Of a DNA stretch of 64,000 nucleotides, positions 40,687 through 51,247 are shown piece by piece. Origin of the DNA: Novakomyces olei (taxonomy: Eukaryota); assembly GCA_016906335.1 (NCBI GenBank), contig JADEYG010000002.1, forward strand, positions 744,001-808,000, in the 5' to 3' direction. The position numbers were made by a program, and so were the translations under genes. The notes beneath the pieces were generated by a model. It worked only from the letters and a program-made list of their open reading frames with translations. It was not told the origin of the DNA and made no database searches. The first letter of the stretch is position 1, and each line of letters begins with the position of its first letter.

Positions 40687-41471
40687 ATGGCGCAGCAGGC
40701 AAAGCGCGAAGGAAGCGCAGGAAGCGGTAATTTTGCGATCTGAAAATGATGTATCTAATAGTGAGCAGCAAAGCAATTTTATCTTTTTATTTTCAATGCT
40801 TTCAGCGCTGCAGCTTGGATGTACCTGGGATCGCGCACTGTAAAAACATGGCTCAAAGCTGGTTCAGTTGCTAGCGCGTTTGACGAAACGGCGGGTACTG
40901 CCATTGTTGTTCAGTCATTTGCTATTCTTGAAGTTTTTCATGTTTTTGCCGGTAAGTGGGCTTGACTAAGAACAATCAAACTGACTTTTAAAAGGCCTTG
41001 TCCGATCATCTTTAATTACTACGGTGATGCAAGTGGCCTCACGGCTTCTTCTCACGTGGGGAATCCTCTTCAATTTCGCAGGAGTTGTGCGTGGATCACC
41101 TGCGTATATTTACATGATAACGGCTTGGTCTGCAACTGAAGTTTTGCGTTATTATTTTTACGCGATTAGCATCTATGGAAGGCCTCCAGCGCTTGCTATC
41201 TATCTGCGCTATACACTGTTTTATGTGCTTTACCCTCTCGGTGCCGGAAGCGAGTGCTGGCTTGTTTATTTATCGCTTCCCGCTGCCGCACATGTGCATG
41301 CATACCTGCCTTTGGCATTGAAAGCCATATTGGCCATTTATGTTCCGGGTAAAATACTGATTTTCGTGATATGAAACCCAGGCTAACGTGACAACAGGCT
41401 TTTATGTCCTCTACACGCATATGATTAAACAAAGACACAAGGTTTTGAACAAAACCACAAAGACACAGTAG
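40687..41471 (+). CDS. PHS1: Very-long-chain 3-hydroxyacyl-CoA dehydratase; 4 exons
   Basis: VQSFAILEVFH...GLVRSS...MQVASR, AWSATEVLRY, LRYTLFYVLYPLG..SE, YVPGFYVLYTHMIKQR. Confidence 0.95.
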
Positions 41472-41508
41472 CCATATGCGCACCGTGCTCTGTATTTACC
41501 CAACTATT

Positions 41509-42435
41509 TTAGTCATCATCATCGTCTAAATCACCAAAGTGCTTTGCAAGGGTATCCGCAATCCGTGATCGTTGCGCACAAGGCATATCAGGGTTTTCTT
41601 TAAATTAGCGGCAAGTAGCAAGCAGAGAAAATAATTAATACCTCGCAAAAAACTCAGTTGGTTCATAAGTTCTTGCACAACATCGAGTTCCTCAGATAGT
41701 AACTTTTTACCATCAACTGCCTTTGTCGACGCCGTCTGGCCAGCTCAATTAGCATGGAACTTTTTTAACTCGAACACTTACCTGACCATTTACCCCCCTT
41801 GCCTCCACGCTGCTCAAAGGCATTTCTTCAACACTATCAGCACTATTCCACGGCACAGACTGCAAACATTCCTGTAACCGATCACGGCCCAATGTCTCTC
41901 TAAACTCATTCGTTCCAGATTCCGCCAAATCAATAAACTCAAACATAACACTGGCACAAGCATCTTCTACAGCTTCACGCTCATGCTCGACTAGAGTAGG
42001 CAAAGATTCTGGGCCGTTTCCTTTTGCAGGTGCTCGCAAAACTAATTGCAATCCTTCCCAATCTTGTCCTCCACATGCATTAACGACCCGTGCAATTTGC
42101 TTCAAGTGACTTTGTAGCTTAGCGGACTCATCTGTGACTCCAACCACGGCCATTTCACTCAAAACAAGCACAACACCGCCTACTGCTGCCAACACATCAG
42201 CAGCCTCTGTTGACAAGTACTCGTCAATTTGCGAGGCGAAATCGGCCTGCACTTCATCCTGCCAAATCTCGATACTGCCGGTATAGTACTCACCGTCGAC
42301 ACGGATCACATTTCCCGTAGACCCTGGCTGAAACACTGTCACGTTAGATCAGAATCACGTGCACACCTTACCGTGACAGATATCCCCGTAATCGGCTGGC
42401 GCGAATACAAGAAGCCGTTTCTGCTCTGCCGCCAT
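41509..42435 (-). CDS. IRC6: Alpha/gamma-adaptin-binding protein p34 / Irc6-like, multi-exon
   Basis: EYYTGSIEIWQDE, FEFIDL...NEFRETLGRDRLQECLQSVPW; last exon DMPCAQRSRIADTLA. Confidence 0.75.
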
Positions 42436-42884
42436 ACAGAATGCGCTCAAGAGTACCGCTAAGCGGTCAGATTATACGCAGTAGTTTCAGGTCGCTCCTG
42501 CTTCGTACATCAATAGTGTCATGACGTTATCGCTGCAGATTTAAACTCGAATATTATCGTTATTGCAAACATTGGAAATGTGTGCCTAAATACATTTATG
42601 TAGGATGGTTAGTTAATAATTTTATACATTTATTTACAACACTATATTAATTATTTCTAGTATAATTTTACATTTATCTTGATCCAACATAAAATATATA
42701 TATTATACACGCTGAGCCCAGGAAGTATAGACTACTTGATACACTGGAGGATTGGTTGGATTGCGGATTGCGGATCCCGAGTGAGACTCTATCCCACTTT
42801 GCCTTGACGAGCCAAAGTCAATGGCAAACCTTGAATTAGCCATCTGATCGCACCAGCAATGCACAATTCTGTCGGCTGGTACTT

Positions 42885-42896
42885 AACCCTAACCCT
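42885..42896 (+). promoter_or_regulatory. (AACCCT)2 element upstream of the m5C methyltransferase gene
   Basis: AACCCTAACCCT. Confidence 0.5.
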
Positions 42897-42947
42897 GCGC
42901 TCGTACGGTAGACGAGATCTGACGTCGAGATACGTGTTTACGAATTA

Positions 42948-44129
42948 ATGCCCAACGCAAAGCCGACTAGAGCGCTGCGGAAACGCGCAGACGCGGCACT
43001 GCGCAGTTTCCATGAGGCCTATGTGAGCGAATGGGGCGAAGAACGATGGGAGGGATCACTTTTCCCGGCACTTTCACGTCCTACACGGTACGCTGTCCTT
43101 GCGAACCGCTACTCTATACCCATCGCTGATCTGTGTCAGCGCTTGGCACAAGAAATGGGCAATGGCCTTGAATTTGACTATTTTTATCTGCAGGGCGGCA
43201 GTCCTCTGTCCCGGATTGCTTGTGTGATGGTAAAAGGCGGTGGCAGCTTAGTGTTTTCGACGCCATTTACAGGCTTACATGGCCTCTCTACACACTGGAA
43301 CATGGACGCTGCCTCTCTCCTGCCCGCGGTTCTGCTGGACGTTTGCCCAGGCCAAAATGTACTGGATCTGTGTGCAGCTCCGGGCGGCAAGACGATAGCT
43401 ATTGCTCAGCAGCTATGGCCACAGCTTTATTTGGATGGAGAGAGCAGTCTGCTTGGAAGCACTGACAATTTAGCGGGCTGCCTTCATGCCAACGAAGTCA
43501 ATCCAGGCCGGCAGCGGCGCTTGCAGACCAACTTGCAGGCTTACTTGCCAAACGAGCTTTTTGCCGATGACAAGGTCAAATGTTTGCGTATAGACGGAGC
43601 GTCCAAGAACGCTGCTGAGCAGTTTCCTTTACACCCTGGCGAGTATGACCGAGTTTTGGTGGACGCTCCTTGTTCCTCAGAGCGTCACCTCATTCATGCC
43701 GCCCTCAAGGCCGAAAAATCGGGTCTCTTGTCCGAGGAAATGATGCGGTACCGGCCCGGATCAGCCCGCAATATGGCTAAACTGCAAACAACTCTGCTTT
43801 TAACCGCTATGAAAATGGTTAAACCCGGTGGAAGAGTCGTGTATGCCACGTGCTCAATAGCGTCTTGTGAAAATGATGGAGTCATTGACGCTGCTTTATT
43901 GCTACTGCAAAAGGAGAGGAAAAGGCCTCTCCTTCATGCTGATGCTGATGCTGCTGCTGCTGCGCGGTTTAACGTGGTCAAAACCGGTCTCGACCCTACA
44001 ATTTCGCACATGGCAGAGGAAACAAAGCATGGCTATATTGCATTACCCGATCATGGCACTTGGGGGCCGTTGTATGTGTGCTCATTACAAAGACTGGACG
44101 AGACGCCGGATGGCGGTGTTTCTGATTAG
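42948..44129 (+). CDS. RsmB/NOL1/NOP2/Sun (NSUN) RNA m5C methyltransferase, intronless
   Basis: [30 protein letters not shown] (motif IV), VVYATCSI...END (motif VI). Confidence 0.92.
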   Translation: MPNAKPTRALRKRADAALRSFHEAYVSEWGEERWEGSLFPALSRPTRYAVLANRYSIPIADLCQRLAQEMGNGLEFDYFYLQGGSPLSRIACVMVKGGGSLVFSTPFTGLHGLSTHWNMDAASLLPAVLLDVCPGQNVLDLCAAPGGKTIAIAQQLWPQLYLDGESSLLGSTDNLAGCLHANEVNPGRQRRLQTNLQAYLPNELFADDKVKCLRIDGASKNAAEQFPLHPGEYDRVLVDAPCSSERHLIHAALKAEKSGLLSEEMMRYRPGSARNMAKLQTTLLLTAMKMVKPGGRVVYATCSIASCENDGVIDAALLLLQKERKRPLLHADADAAAAARFNVVKTGLDPTISHMAEETKHGYIALPDHGTWGPLYVCSLQRLDETPDGGVSD

Positions 44130-44152
44130 CATAGCCAAGGGACCTTTTAATT

Positions 44153-44168
44153 AACCCTAATTAACCCT
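44153..44168 (+). promoter_or_regulatory. Telomere-like element in a convergent intergenic region
   Basis: AACCCTAATTAACCCT 24 bp after the NSUN stop. Confidence 0.5.
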
Positions 44169-44474
44169 AATAAGTCGAGTGACAATACGGCGATTGATTA
44201 TCGCTCTGTCATGCAGTGTTACCTGACGCAGAGTCTAAGCATCGCTAAAGACTTTTTCTAAGACTAAAATCTGCAGAGCACAATCTAGTCGAGCATTAAA
44301 CATTCAAATTCATTTCATTTCATTCATACCCACAAAGTCATAAATATTCATCAATCTAACCACATGCACCAATGCTAGCCTCTAAAATATAAAATATTGA
44401 ATAAAATGTACAATAAAACTCCAAAATGTTAAAACACAAAATGTACAAGAGCAATATACAATGCAAGTGTACAA

Positions 44475-46814
44475 TCACGAATTCTGCCTCGAGTAAGGAT
44501 GATGCCGCATTGCCTGCATAGCTCCTGTCTGGGCCGACTGAGCGGCACCTCCAGCACGCGAACTTGTGCCGTTTCTTTGTGAAGGGCCATCAGAACTCTG
44601 TTGCTGTTGCTGCCTTTCAAGAAAAGCGTCAACCACACTATTAGCGATATCACTATTAGCGATATCCCTATTACTATTCGCAGGCTCTTCTGCTCCGCTT
44701 TCCGACTCTGAACTGTTTAAACCTTGAGAGGTCACCGACACGTTAGGTAAACCTTCAAAAGGCAGCGATGGCTGTTGTTGCCGTTGTTGCTGCTGTTGCT
44801 GCTGCCGTCTTTGACGATAAGCATTCACAACTTGCTGTGTGATTGAATTCGCAGACGCAGTGCTTCTCAAAGCAGGAGACGCTAATGACTCGTCCGGCTG
44901 CACTCGAGGCGCTTCCACTCCAACCCCGTCTCGTGTACCGCGTCTGCCAATCATATGAACCAAAGTAGCCTGCAGGTACCGCATTGCATCGACAGAAAAA
45001 TCAAGAGGGTCAATTGACGGCGGCTGAGGAGGCATTGCTCCTGCTTGAGCGTCTGCACTATCATTCGGCCGATGCCCTAAAAGAGTTCCTCTTTCGAGGA
45101 GCAATTGCCTCAGGACACGAGCTTCGTGAGGAGTGCAAAGTGAAATAGCAATTTCACACTGCTCATGCGAACTTGGCGCAGTATGACGATCGTCAGGTCT
45201 GTCATAGAGAGTACTTATCAGCCTCGAAGCCCAGGCTGTTTCGTGCGGTGCGACGTGTACGTGCTCCAGAGTATCCTCTTCCTGGTTGGCAGCAGCATCG
45301 GCCGGGCTCTGGCTCAGACTCGCCCGAGACAAGATCAGTTCTTGCAAGACTTCGATGCGTCTTCCGTGCCTCTCTGCGTCTTGTCTCCGTCTAGCTGATA
45401 TCTCTTGGCCACTTTGATCAGTTGCGTCTGTACTTGGAGCCAAAGTATTGACATTGTCTGGATTACTGTCAGCAGCAGAATTGTCAGCGGCAGAATTGCC
45501 CAAGGGCAGAGACGAACCGGCCACGTTTTGCCAGGATATGCCCATTGCTTGGGAAAGACGAGCAACAAAATTGCTCACCATCTCTTGCCGCACTACACGG
45601 TCCACTATGCTCTGTGAGCGACGGCGGGACGTAGAAGAGGAAAGAGTTTCAGGATCGAGAGGCTGGACACGTGGAGGCAGCGGAGGCGCTTCGACTGGCT
45701 GCCCTGTTGAATCCTGCTGCTGGCTATTACGCTGAACCGTTTCAGGAACAGCATTGCCTGCTCCTGCTCTGTTATCTCCTTGCCCAGTGCTGTTTGTGGC
45801 CTCATCATTACGGCCAATGTCTGGCCTAATGAACCGGCCAGCGTGGATGAGAATAGGCGCTCCAAACGGCGTTCTCGTCAGCCCGTCACGACGCATCCGG
45901 TCCTCGAGTGACACAGCGTCGGGCTCAGTGCCCGCACTGCTGCTGCTGCTGCCTGCGTTACTTGTAAAAGTTTCCGGCACGGGGCCCGTCCCCGTATTGG
46001 TCTGGCCCTCTTGTCCGTTTTCCGGCCGAGTTCTTGGCGCTGGTACGATAATGGGAACAGGTGCAGCCGCGTCTGGTACAGCTATCTCTTCTGATTCTAT
46101 ACACTCTCGGCACAGAGGGCAGGACGCTGAGCCCTTGAGCCATTCCTTTAGACACTTTTCGCCAAAAGTATGGTGGCACGGCATTTGCAACGGCATTTCT
46201 CCTTCTTTCCCATACTGCTCCAAGCAGATAGAACAGGTCCTTTCGTCTGGAGGAATAGACTCCACATCAGGCTTAGGCAGTGCAGCTACTGCTGCAGCAG
46301 TAGCTGCTTTCTTGGTCGGCCTCAGTCCGTCCATAAAGGCTCCGGCTCCGCCAGTCATAAGTATATGAATCACTATCGGCGCCTGCCATAGTCTCGCTGC
46401 CGGCAGCGCCGATTGCCCGCCATTAGTCTGCGGTGCGCTTTCACCCTCGCCGAGTGAAAAGGTGCCGCTTTCATAGTCTCTATTGCCGTCAGGCGTTGGC
46501 TGTTCCGCAGCACTCGTACTTTGGACATTTTGGACATTTTGGACTGTTTGAGCACCGTTGGCCGTACCGCCAGCGCCATTTATAGAACCCGTATCGCCGT
46601 CCGTCTGTGCCTGGCCTGTGCCATTTACTGTACTTCCGCTACTGCCGCTACTGCCGTTACTGCCGTTACTGCCGTTACTGCCGTTACTGCCGTTATTGCC
46701 GTTATTGCTCCGAGTTTGCTGCTGCTGTGGCTGATCCTCTGGACCGGTGCGGGCAAGTGCATTTGTAATAACGGCATCAAAAAATAAAACCGCTTCAGGA
46801 TCAGTGCCGTCCAT
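44475..46814 (-). CDS. RING-H2 E3 ubiquitin ligase in a largely disordered protein (San1-like)
   Basis: CSICLEQY...MPCHHTFGEKCLKEWL..SASCPLCR; SNG and Q low-complexity tracts. Confidence 0.85.
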   Translation of the reverse strand: MDGTDPEAVLFFDAVITNALARTGPEDQPQQQQTRSNNGNNGSNGSNGSNGSNGSSGSSGSTVNGTGQAQTDGDTGSINGAGGTANGAQTVQNVQNVQSTSAAEQPTPDGNRDYESGTFSLGEGESAPQTNGGQSALPAARLWQAPIVIHILMTGGAGAFMDGLRPTKKAATAAAVAALPKPDVESIPPDERTCSICLEQYGKEGEMPLQMPCHHTFGEKCLKEWLKGSASCPLCRECIESEEIAVPDAAAPVPIIVPAPRTRPENGQEGQTNTGTGPVPETFTSNAGSSSSSAGTEPDAVSLEDRMRRDGLTRTPFGAPILIHAGRFIRPDIGRNDEATNSTGQGDNRAGAGNAVPETVQRNSQQQDSTGQPVEAPPLPPRVQPLDPETLSSSTSRRRSQSIVDRVVRQEMVSNFVARLSQAMGISWQNVAGSSLPLGNSAADNSAADSNPDNVNTLAPSTDATDQSGQEISARRRQDAERHGRRIEVLQELILSRASLSQSPADAAANQEEDTLEHVHVAPHETAWASRLISTLYDRPDDRHTAPSSHEQCEIAISLCTPHEARVLRQLLLERGTLLGHRPNDSADAQAGAMPPQPPSIDPLDFSVDAMRYLQATLVHMIGRRGTRDGVGVEAPRVQPDESLASPALRSTASANSITQQVVNAYRQRRQQQQQQQRQQQPSLPFEGLPNVSVTSQGLNSSESESGAEEPANSNRDIANSDIANSVVDAFLERQQQQQSSDGPSQRNGTSSRAGGAAQSAQTGAMQAMRHHPYSRQNS
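46638..46708 (-). repeat. 9-bp coding tandem repeat (CTGCCGTTA) encoding (SNG)n
   Basis: Directly visible tandem array inside the RING-H2 gene. Confidence 0.85.
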
Positions 46815-47311
46815 CAGCGGCGGCTGTACTGATCCGTCTGCTCTTGTTTATCGTGCTCTGAGAGTAAAAGACGCCCGCCGCTGGTCAGTTCCGTGTTGCG
46901 GGAGTTTTGCTGAGAAAGATGGATGGATTAATTAATAAAAGCAGCGAGATGAATAGCACCCTCCGTCTGCAGTTCAGTCAAATACGCCAGAAAGCTTTCT
47001 CGTGAACGAAAATCTGCTCAAATCCCGGTTAAAACTCGTTCTTTGCTCCGTAAGGAAGCGTGTTGTTGTTAGTGTCGGAGGTTATTAGGCGCAGAGAAGT
47101 CGCAGGAACAATTGTTATATACATCCTTATATATATAATATTATATATACATTATTACACCGCGATAAGAGAACTACCGAAACTGGCTGGATTATTGGCT
47201 GAATTAATAGAGGCGTGTTTCTATGTAATCTTGGTGCAAGTGTAGATTAGTTTCGTGCAAGTGCTCGTGCGGTTACTTAAACAATTGGGATTTGCTAAAT
47301 ATAAGCGAACT

Positions 47312-47323
47312 AACCCTAATCCT
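47312..47323 (+). promoter_or_regulatory. Degenerate telomere-like element upstream of the RING-H2 gene
   Basis: AACCCTAATCCT preceded by AACT. Confidence 0.4.
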
Positions 47324-47884
47324 AAGTTGCACTGCAATCTCCACTGCATAGTAATCACGTAGCAACGGTGGCTAGCCCTGAAACATTGAGGCTAAACGTG
47401 TGTTATATGACCTCTGCCATCTTTACCCTCCGAAAAAGGTGTTTTGAAAAACACGAGATTGGCTTTCACGAAGATTGGACAAAGAATATATGAATAATGA
47501 CTCAAAAAGTCTCTATACCTACGGCTTTTTTAAAATGCCGTTGGGTAGCACGATATTTTTGACAAGAACAATATTAACCACTCCATTTTTATTTATAGAA
47601 ATACTAAAGGCTTTCATATACAAACTCATCTTCACACCGTTCTCCCGAGCGTTAACGTTGGCTTTCCAGCCTAATTCTGGACACATCTGACAGATTAAAC
47701 TGAACTTTTAGAGAGAGGAAAATAGAAAAATGAAAAAAGGGAAAAGGAGTGACAAATTTATAAAATTAAAACCAACATAAAAAAAGCAAAAGACTACCCT
47801 TTAGTCGCGCACGAATGAGCACAACTAGGAAGCAATGCTAGTTATTGGATAAAAAAAACCTTGCCGATAATTTAGACGCCTATT

Positions 47885-50846
47885 TTAAATGCCTTTATCC
47901 ATTCGTCCACGGTAAAACGGGTCTGTAAACCCGGCCATTCTTTTCTCGTCTTCCGCCCGCTGCTGCTGCAGCATAGTCTGGTAATATTCGTTCAGTAAAC
48001 GCTGCAAAATAACAGGATCACGAGCCTTTGCCGGATTCTGTTGGACTTCTGGGTGATTCAGCATTGTCTGCTGTATAATTTCCCAGTCCCTTTGAGAGAT
48101 ACCGATTGATGTAAGTTCCGGCGGCACTTGTGATCCAATTTTTGTACCTATACTTGGTGCTGCCGCAGCTGCTGCTTTATCTGTAGACGCGTGACTGCCA
48201 CTTAAACCCGCGGCGTTAGAAGCATTTTTATGTCTACTACCATATTTTTGCTGGCCATTTGGACCAATTTCCGGGTCATAGTCGATATCTGCATCTGATA
48301 ATTCTGCTTCGTGAGCAACGGCATCTGCTATTTCTCGTGTCGTTAGCACAACAGCTAGTAAAAGCTTGTTTGCGTGATCTTGATCAATATCGTTTTGCTC
48401 CAAAATATGAAAGAAAGAAGGCAGCTCGTTAGGCGGTGCGGGTATAATGTACGAGTCTCGAATAAGCGGACCCCCACCTTTGAAAGGCCCATAGCGTTGC
48501 CGTCCCGTAAAATGGTCGTATAGGGTATTGAAAGCTGCTTTATCCTGTTCTGTTGCTGGTTTCAGCGACAGGATAAGTACTTCCCGAGTAGCAGACCGGG
48601 CTGACTGTTCTACAAATTTGACCGTCTCTGGCATGGAACTGCGACCAAGTACTTCTATCTTGCCTCCCAGTAATTGACTGTGCCATATTTTTTCTGAAAC
48701 TCGTAAGCCCCCTACCTGGAAAGCTTCAGCACGACAGTGAGCTATCTGATCCATGTCCAAAACTCCCTGCCAAACTGGCCCTTTTTGGCTTTCTACCACA
48801 AAATCCTCTGAATAAACATCCCGCCAGCCTTTGGCCAGCTCGGGATCATCGATCTCCCCAATGTCCAGCGGAGCATCATACTGGGTTAAGGGCGGTGCAT
48901 TGTTATACTGGCTGAATGGTGATAGCGCAGATCCACTGCCGTCTTTGTCTTTTGGTGGGACTGAACCTGACCTTTGCCGTTCATGTTTAAGAGCAGGATG
49001 ATGGCCAATAGCATCCGCAGCTTCCTCGTTGGCTCCGGCTGATGTCGGAGACGTTGCATGAGCAAAAGCAGGCGCTCTTGCCTCGGAATCATTATTCCAA
49101 ATTTCGTTTTGTCCAGCGTAAACGATCTCCTCTCCTTTATGGGTACGACGAATACGAGGGCCGGCCGTATTTACCAGTACAGAGTTTTGTGTGCTGGCCT
49201 GCCGTACTGATTCCGCTAGAGCTTTGATGTCCTGGTTGGCCATTTCCTCACTGGTGAGAGTCACCAGTTTAGCCAATGGCAGTTCTTGTGACAATACTTG
49301 GCTTCGTAATTCTGAATTCTTTTTCAGATTAAACGCAATTGTACGAAGCTTTGCCCGATAACTTTCGCCTGGCCGATCGTAGCCCTCTTTAACAGCTGTT
49401 TCCTTGAAAATGCAGTCCTCCAAATGGAGAGCAAACTTATCCAGATCATCGGGTGTACCTACAGACGCATCCGTCTGGCCTTTGGCTACATTATCCGCCT
49501 TTTGGGCCTGTAGTAAGGGTGGTAAAATAGATTTTACGAGGGCTTTTACTGAGCTCTGTCTTGTCGTATCGTGTAATTTATCTAAACTCTCAGCCACTGG
49601 TGCATTTTTTAAATGCTCAGCGGCCTGAGCATTTGGCACTGTAGGTTTAGTGTCGGGTATTTTACTGCGCTTTGCACGTTCCGTTGTGAGTGAAGCCTTT
49701 CGTTTTGCGCCCGGACTCGAACTCGAATTTGAAGCATGAGCAGCAGCTGCACGTTCCTGCTCAGCACGAACCTTACGTAACCGTTCTGCCTCCTCACTGC
49801 TTACGCGGACCTCAAACTGAATACGTTCCGTATTGCCCAAATCAGGAGTTGTTGATTGTTCGTTGTGAATAGCAGACTCTTCTTCGCTGTCTACAGCCCG
49901 ATCTAGCGAGTGCTTGTTCGTTGTACTGCTTTCGCTCGCATTCTCAGTGACTTTTTGCAGTTTATAGGGCTCAATAGAATTTTGGTCAGAAGCTTCATTC
50001 GGTGCAGCTTGTTCTGAGACGCTTCGTACACTTGAAGCAACATTAGTGCTATTGTTATCCTCTTCGCGATTCCCAGGTGGGCCTTGCTCGGCTTGATCAG
50101 TGCCATGTGCATTCGTATCGTCTAAAATAAATATTAGTATACAATATGATGTGGAAGCCATCGAACAGCTGCATTTGGTTATCTTGTAAATTTCAATTTC
50201 ACCCAGACCAAGTCATTAGAGGAGGGTAGACAATACCTCAATCTCAATCATTGAAACAGGAACAAATGGATAATCTAAAAACAAACCAATAAGAACAGAA
50301 ATGATGTAAAGAAAAATAGCATGACATGAAAGGATCAATACTAGTGTAGCAGCGGCTCCAGCCACAATGAAAATTAGACAAGAAAACAGAGAAAAAAAAA
50401 TGGTTTTATTGTCCCGCTCCTGGAACCAAAGAGTATCTAGCATAGCATGAAAGACGATAGCTCATACTCTCCCAAATGCAGTGAACATGATAAATATTTG
50501 GTGTCAAAAACGCTAAAAGGTCAAACTTACCTTCGAGTAATGGTTTGTGATCGTAATGTAGCAGCGCAGACGTATTCGAAGCACTTTCGCCATGGTCGTG
50601 AAGCAATACCTCCTCTTCAGCTCGATCAGCTTTTGGCGTACGTTCTTCTGAATTACGTGACAGCTCTTCTACCCCGTCCTCCACCTTGAAACGCGACGGC
50701 TCCTCCTTCTCCACTGGGTCATAAATAATTACTTCATTATCACTGTCTTGTGCGTCTGCCGAGTTAAAGCTATAGCCCGACCAAACGCTACTATCATAGC
50801 GCGCATTAAAGCCTTTATTGGAGCGATGCGAGCGTCGCACGCTCAT
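47885..50846 (-). CDS. BYE1: Bye1/PHF3-like transcription elongation factor (TFIIS-M + SPOC); 2 exons
   Basis: MSVRRSHRSNKG start, YRAKLRTIAFNLKKN, LTSEEMA, RIRRTHKGEE, SPOC PVWQGVL...RYG. Intron 50123-50530 (GTAAGT...TACTAAT...TAG). Confidence 0.88.
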
Positions 50847-51000
50847 AGCGACGCCTTCACTTTGGAAACTAGATTTCTACTATCTGCTGTGCGATCTGTC
50901 TCTTTACTTCACGAGCGATGATAAATAAAAACAAAAAGTGTACAAAATCATGGAGCTGGTATATAGTGTATTGTATTTCAAAGTATTCAAACTACTAGCT

Positions 51001-51016
51001 AACCCTAACTAACCCT
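51001..51016 (+). promoter_or_regulatory. Telomere-like element in BYE1/prp4 divergent promoter
   Basis: Exact AACCCTAACTAACCCT followed by ATCATTGG (CCAAT on the minus strand). Confidence 0.6.
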
Positions 51017-51247
51017 ATCATTGGTCCATTAGATTACTTTTACGAATCTAAACTTGCTTGCAGCTTTAGTAGCTAATAATCCGATTCCAATAATAATCAT
51101 AATAATAATTATAATAATAATAATTTAAGAGGTAATACTTTTGGCGAAAAGAAAGATAAATCACTGAGCTCAATTTTATTGTTTTATCAAAGATCTATTC
51201 AACAAAGAGATTGTCCAGCCCACAGGCACTATTGGCGCCTTTAGGAA

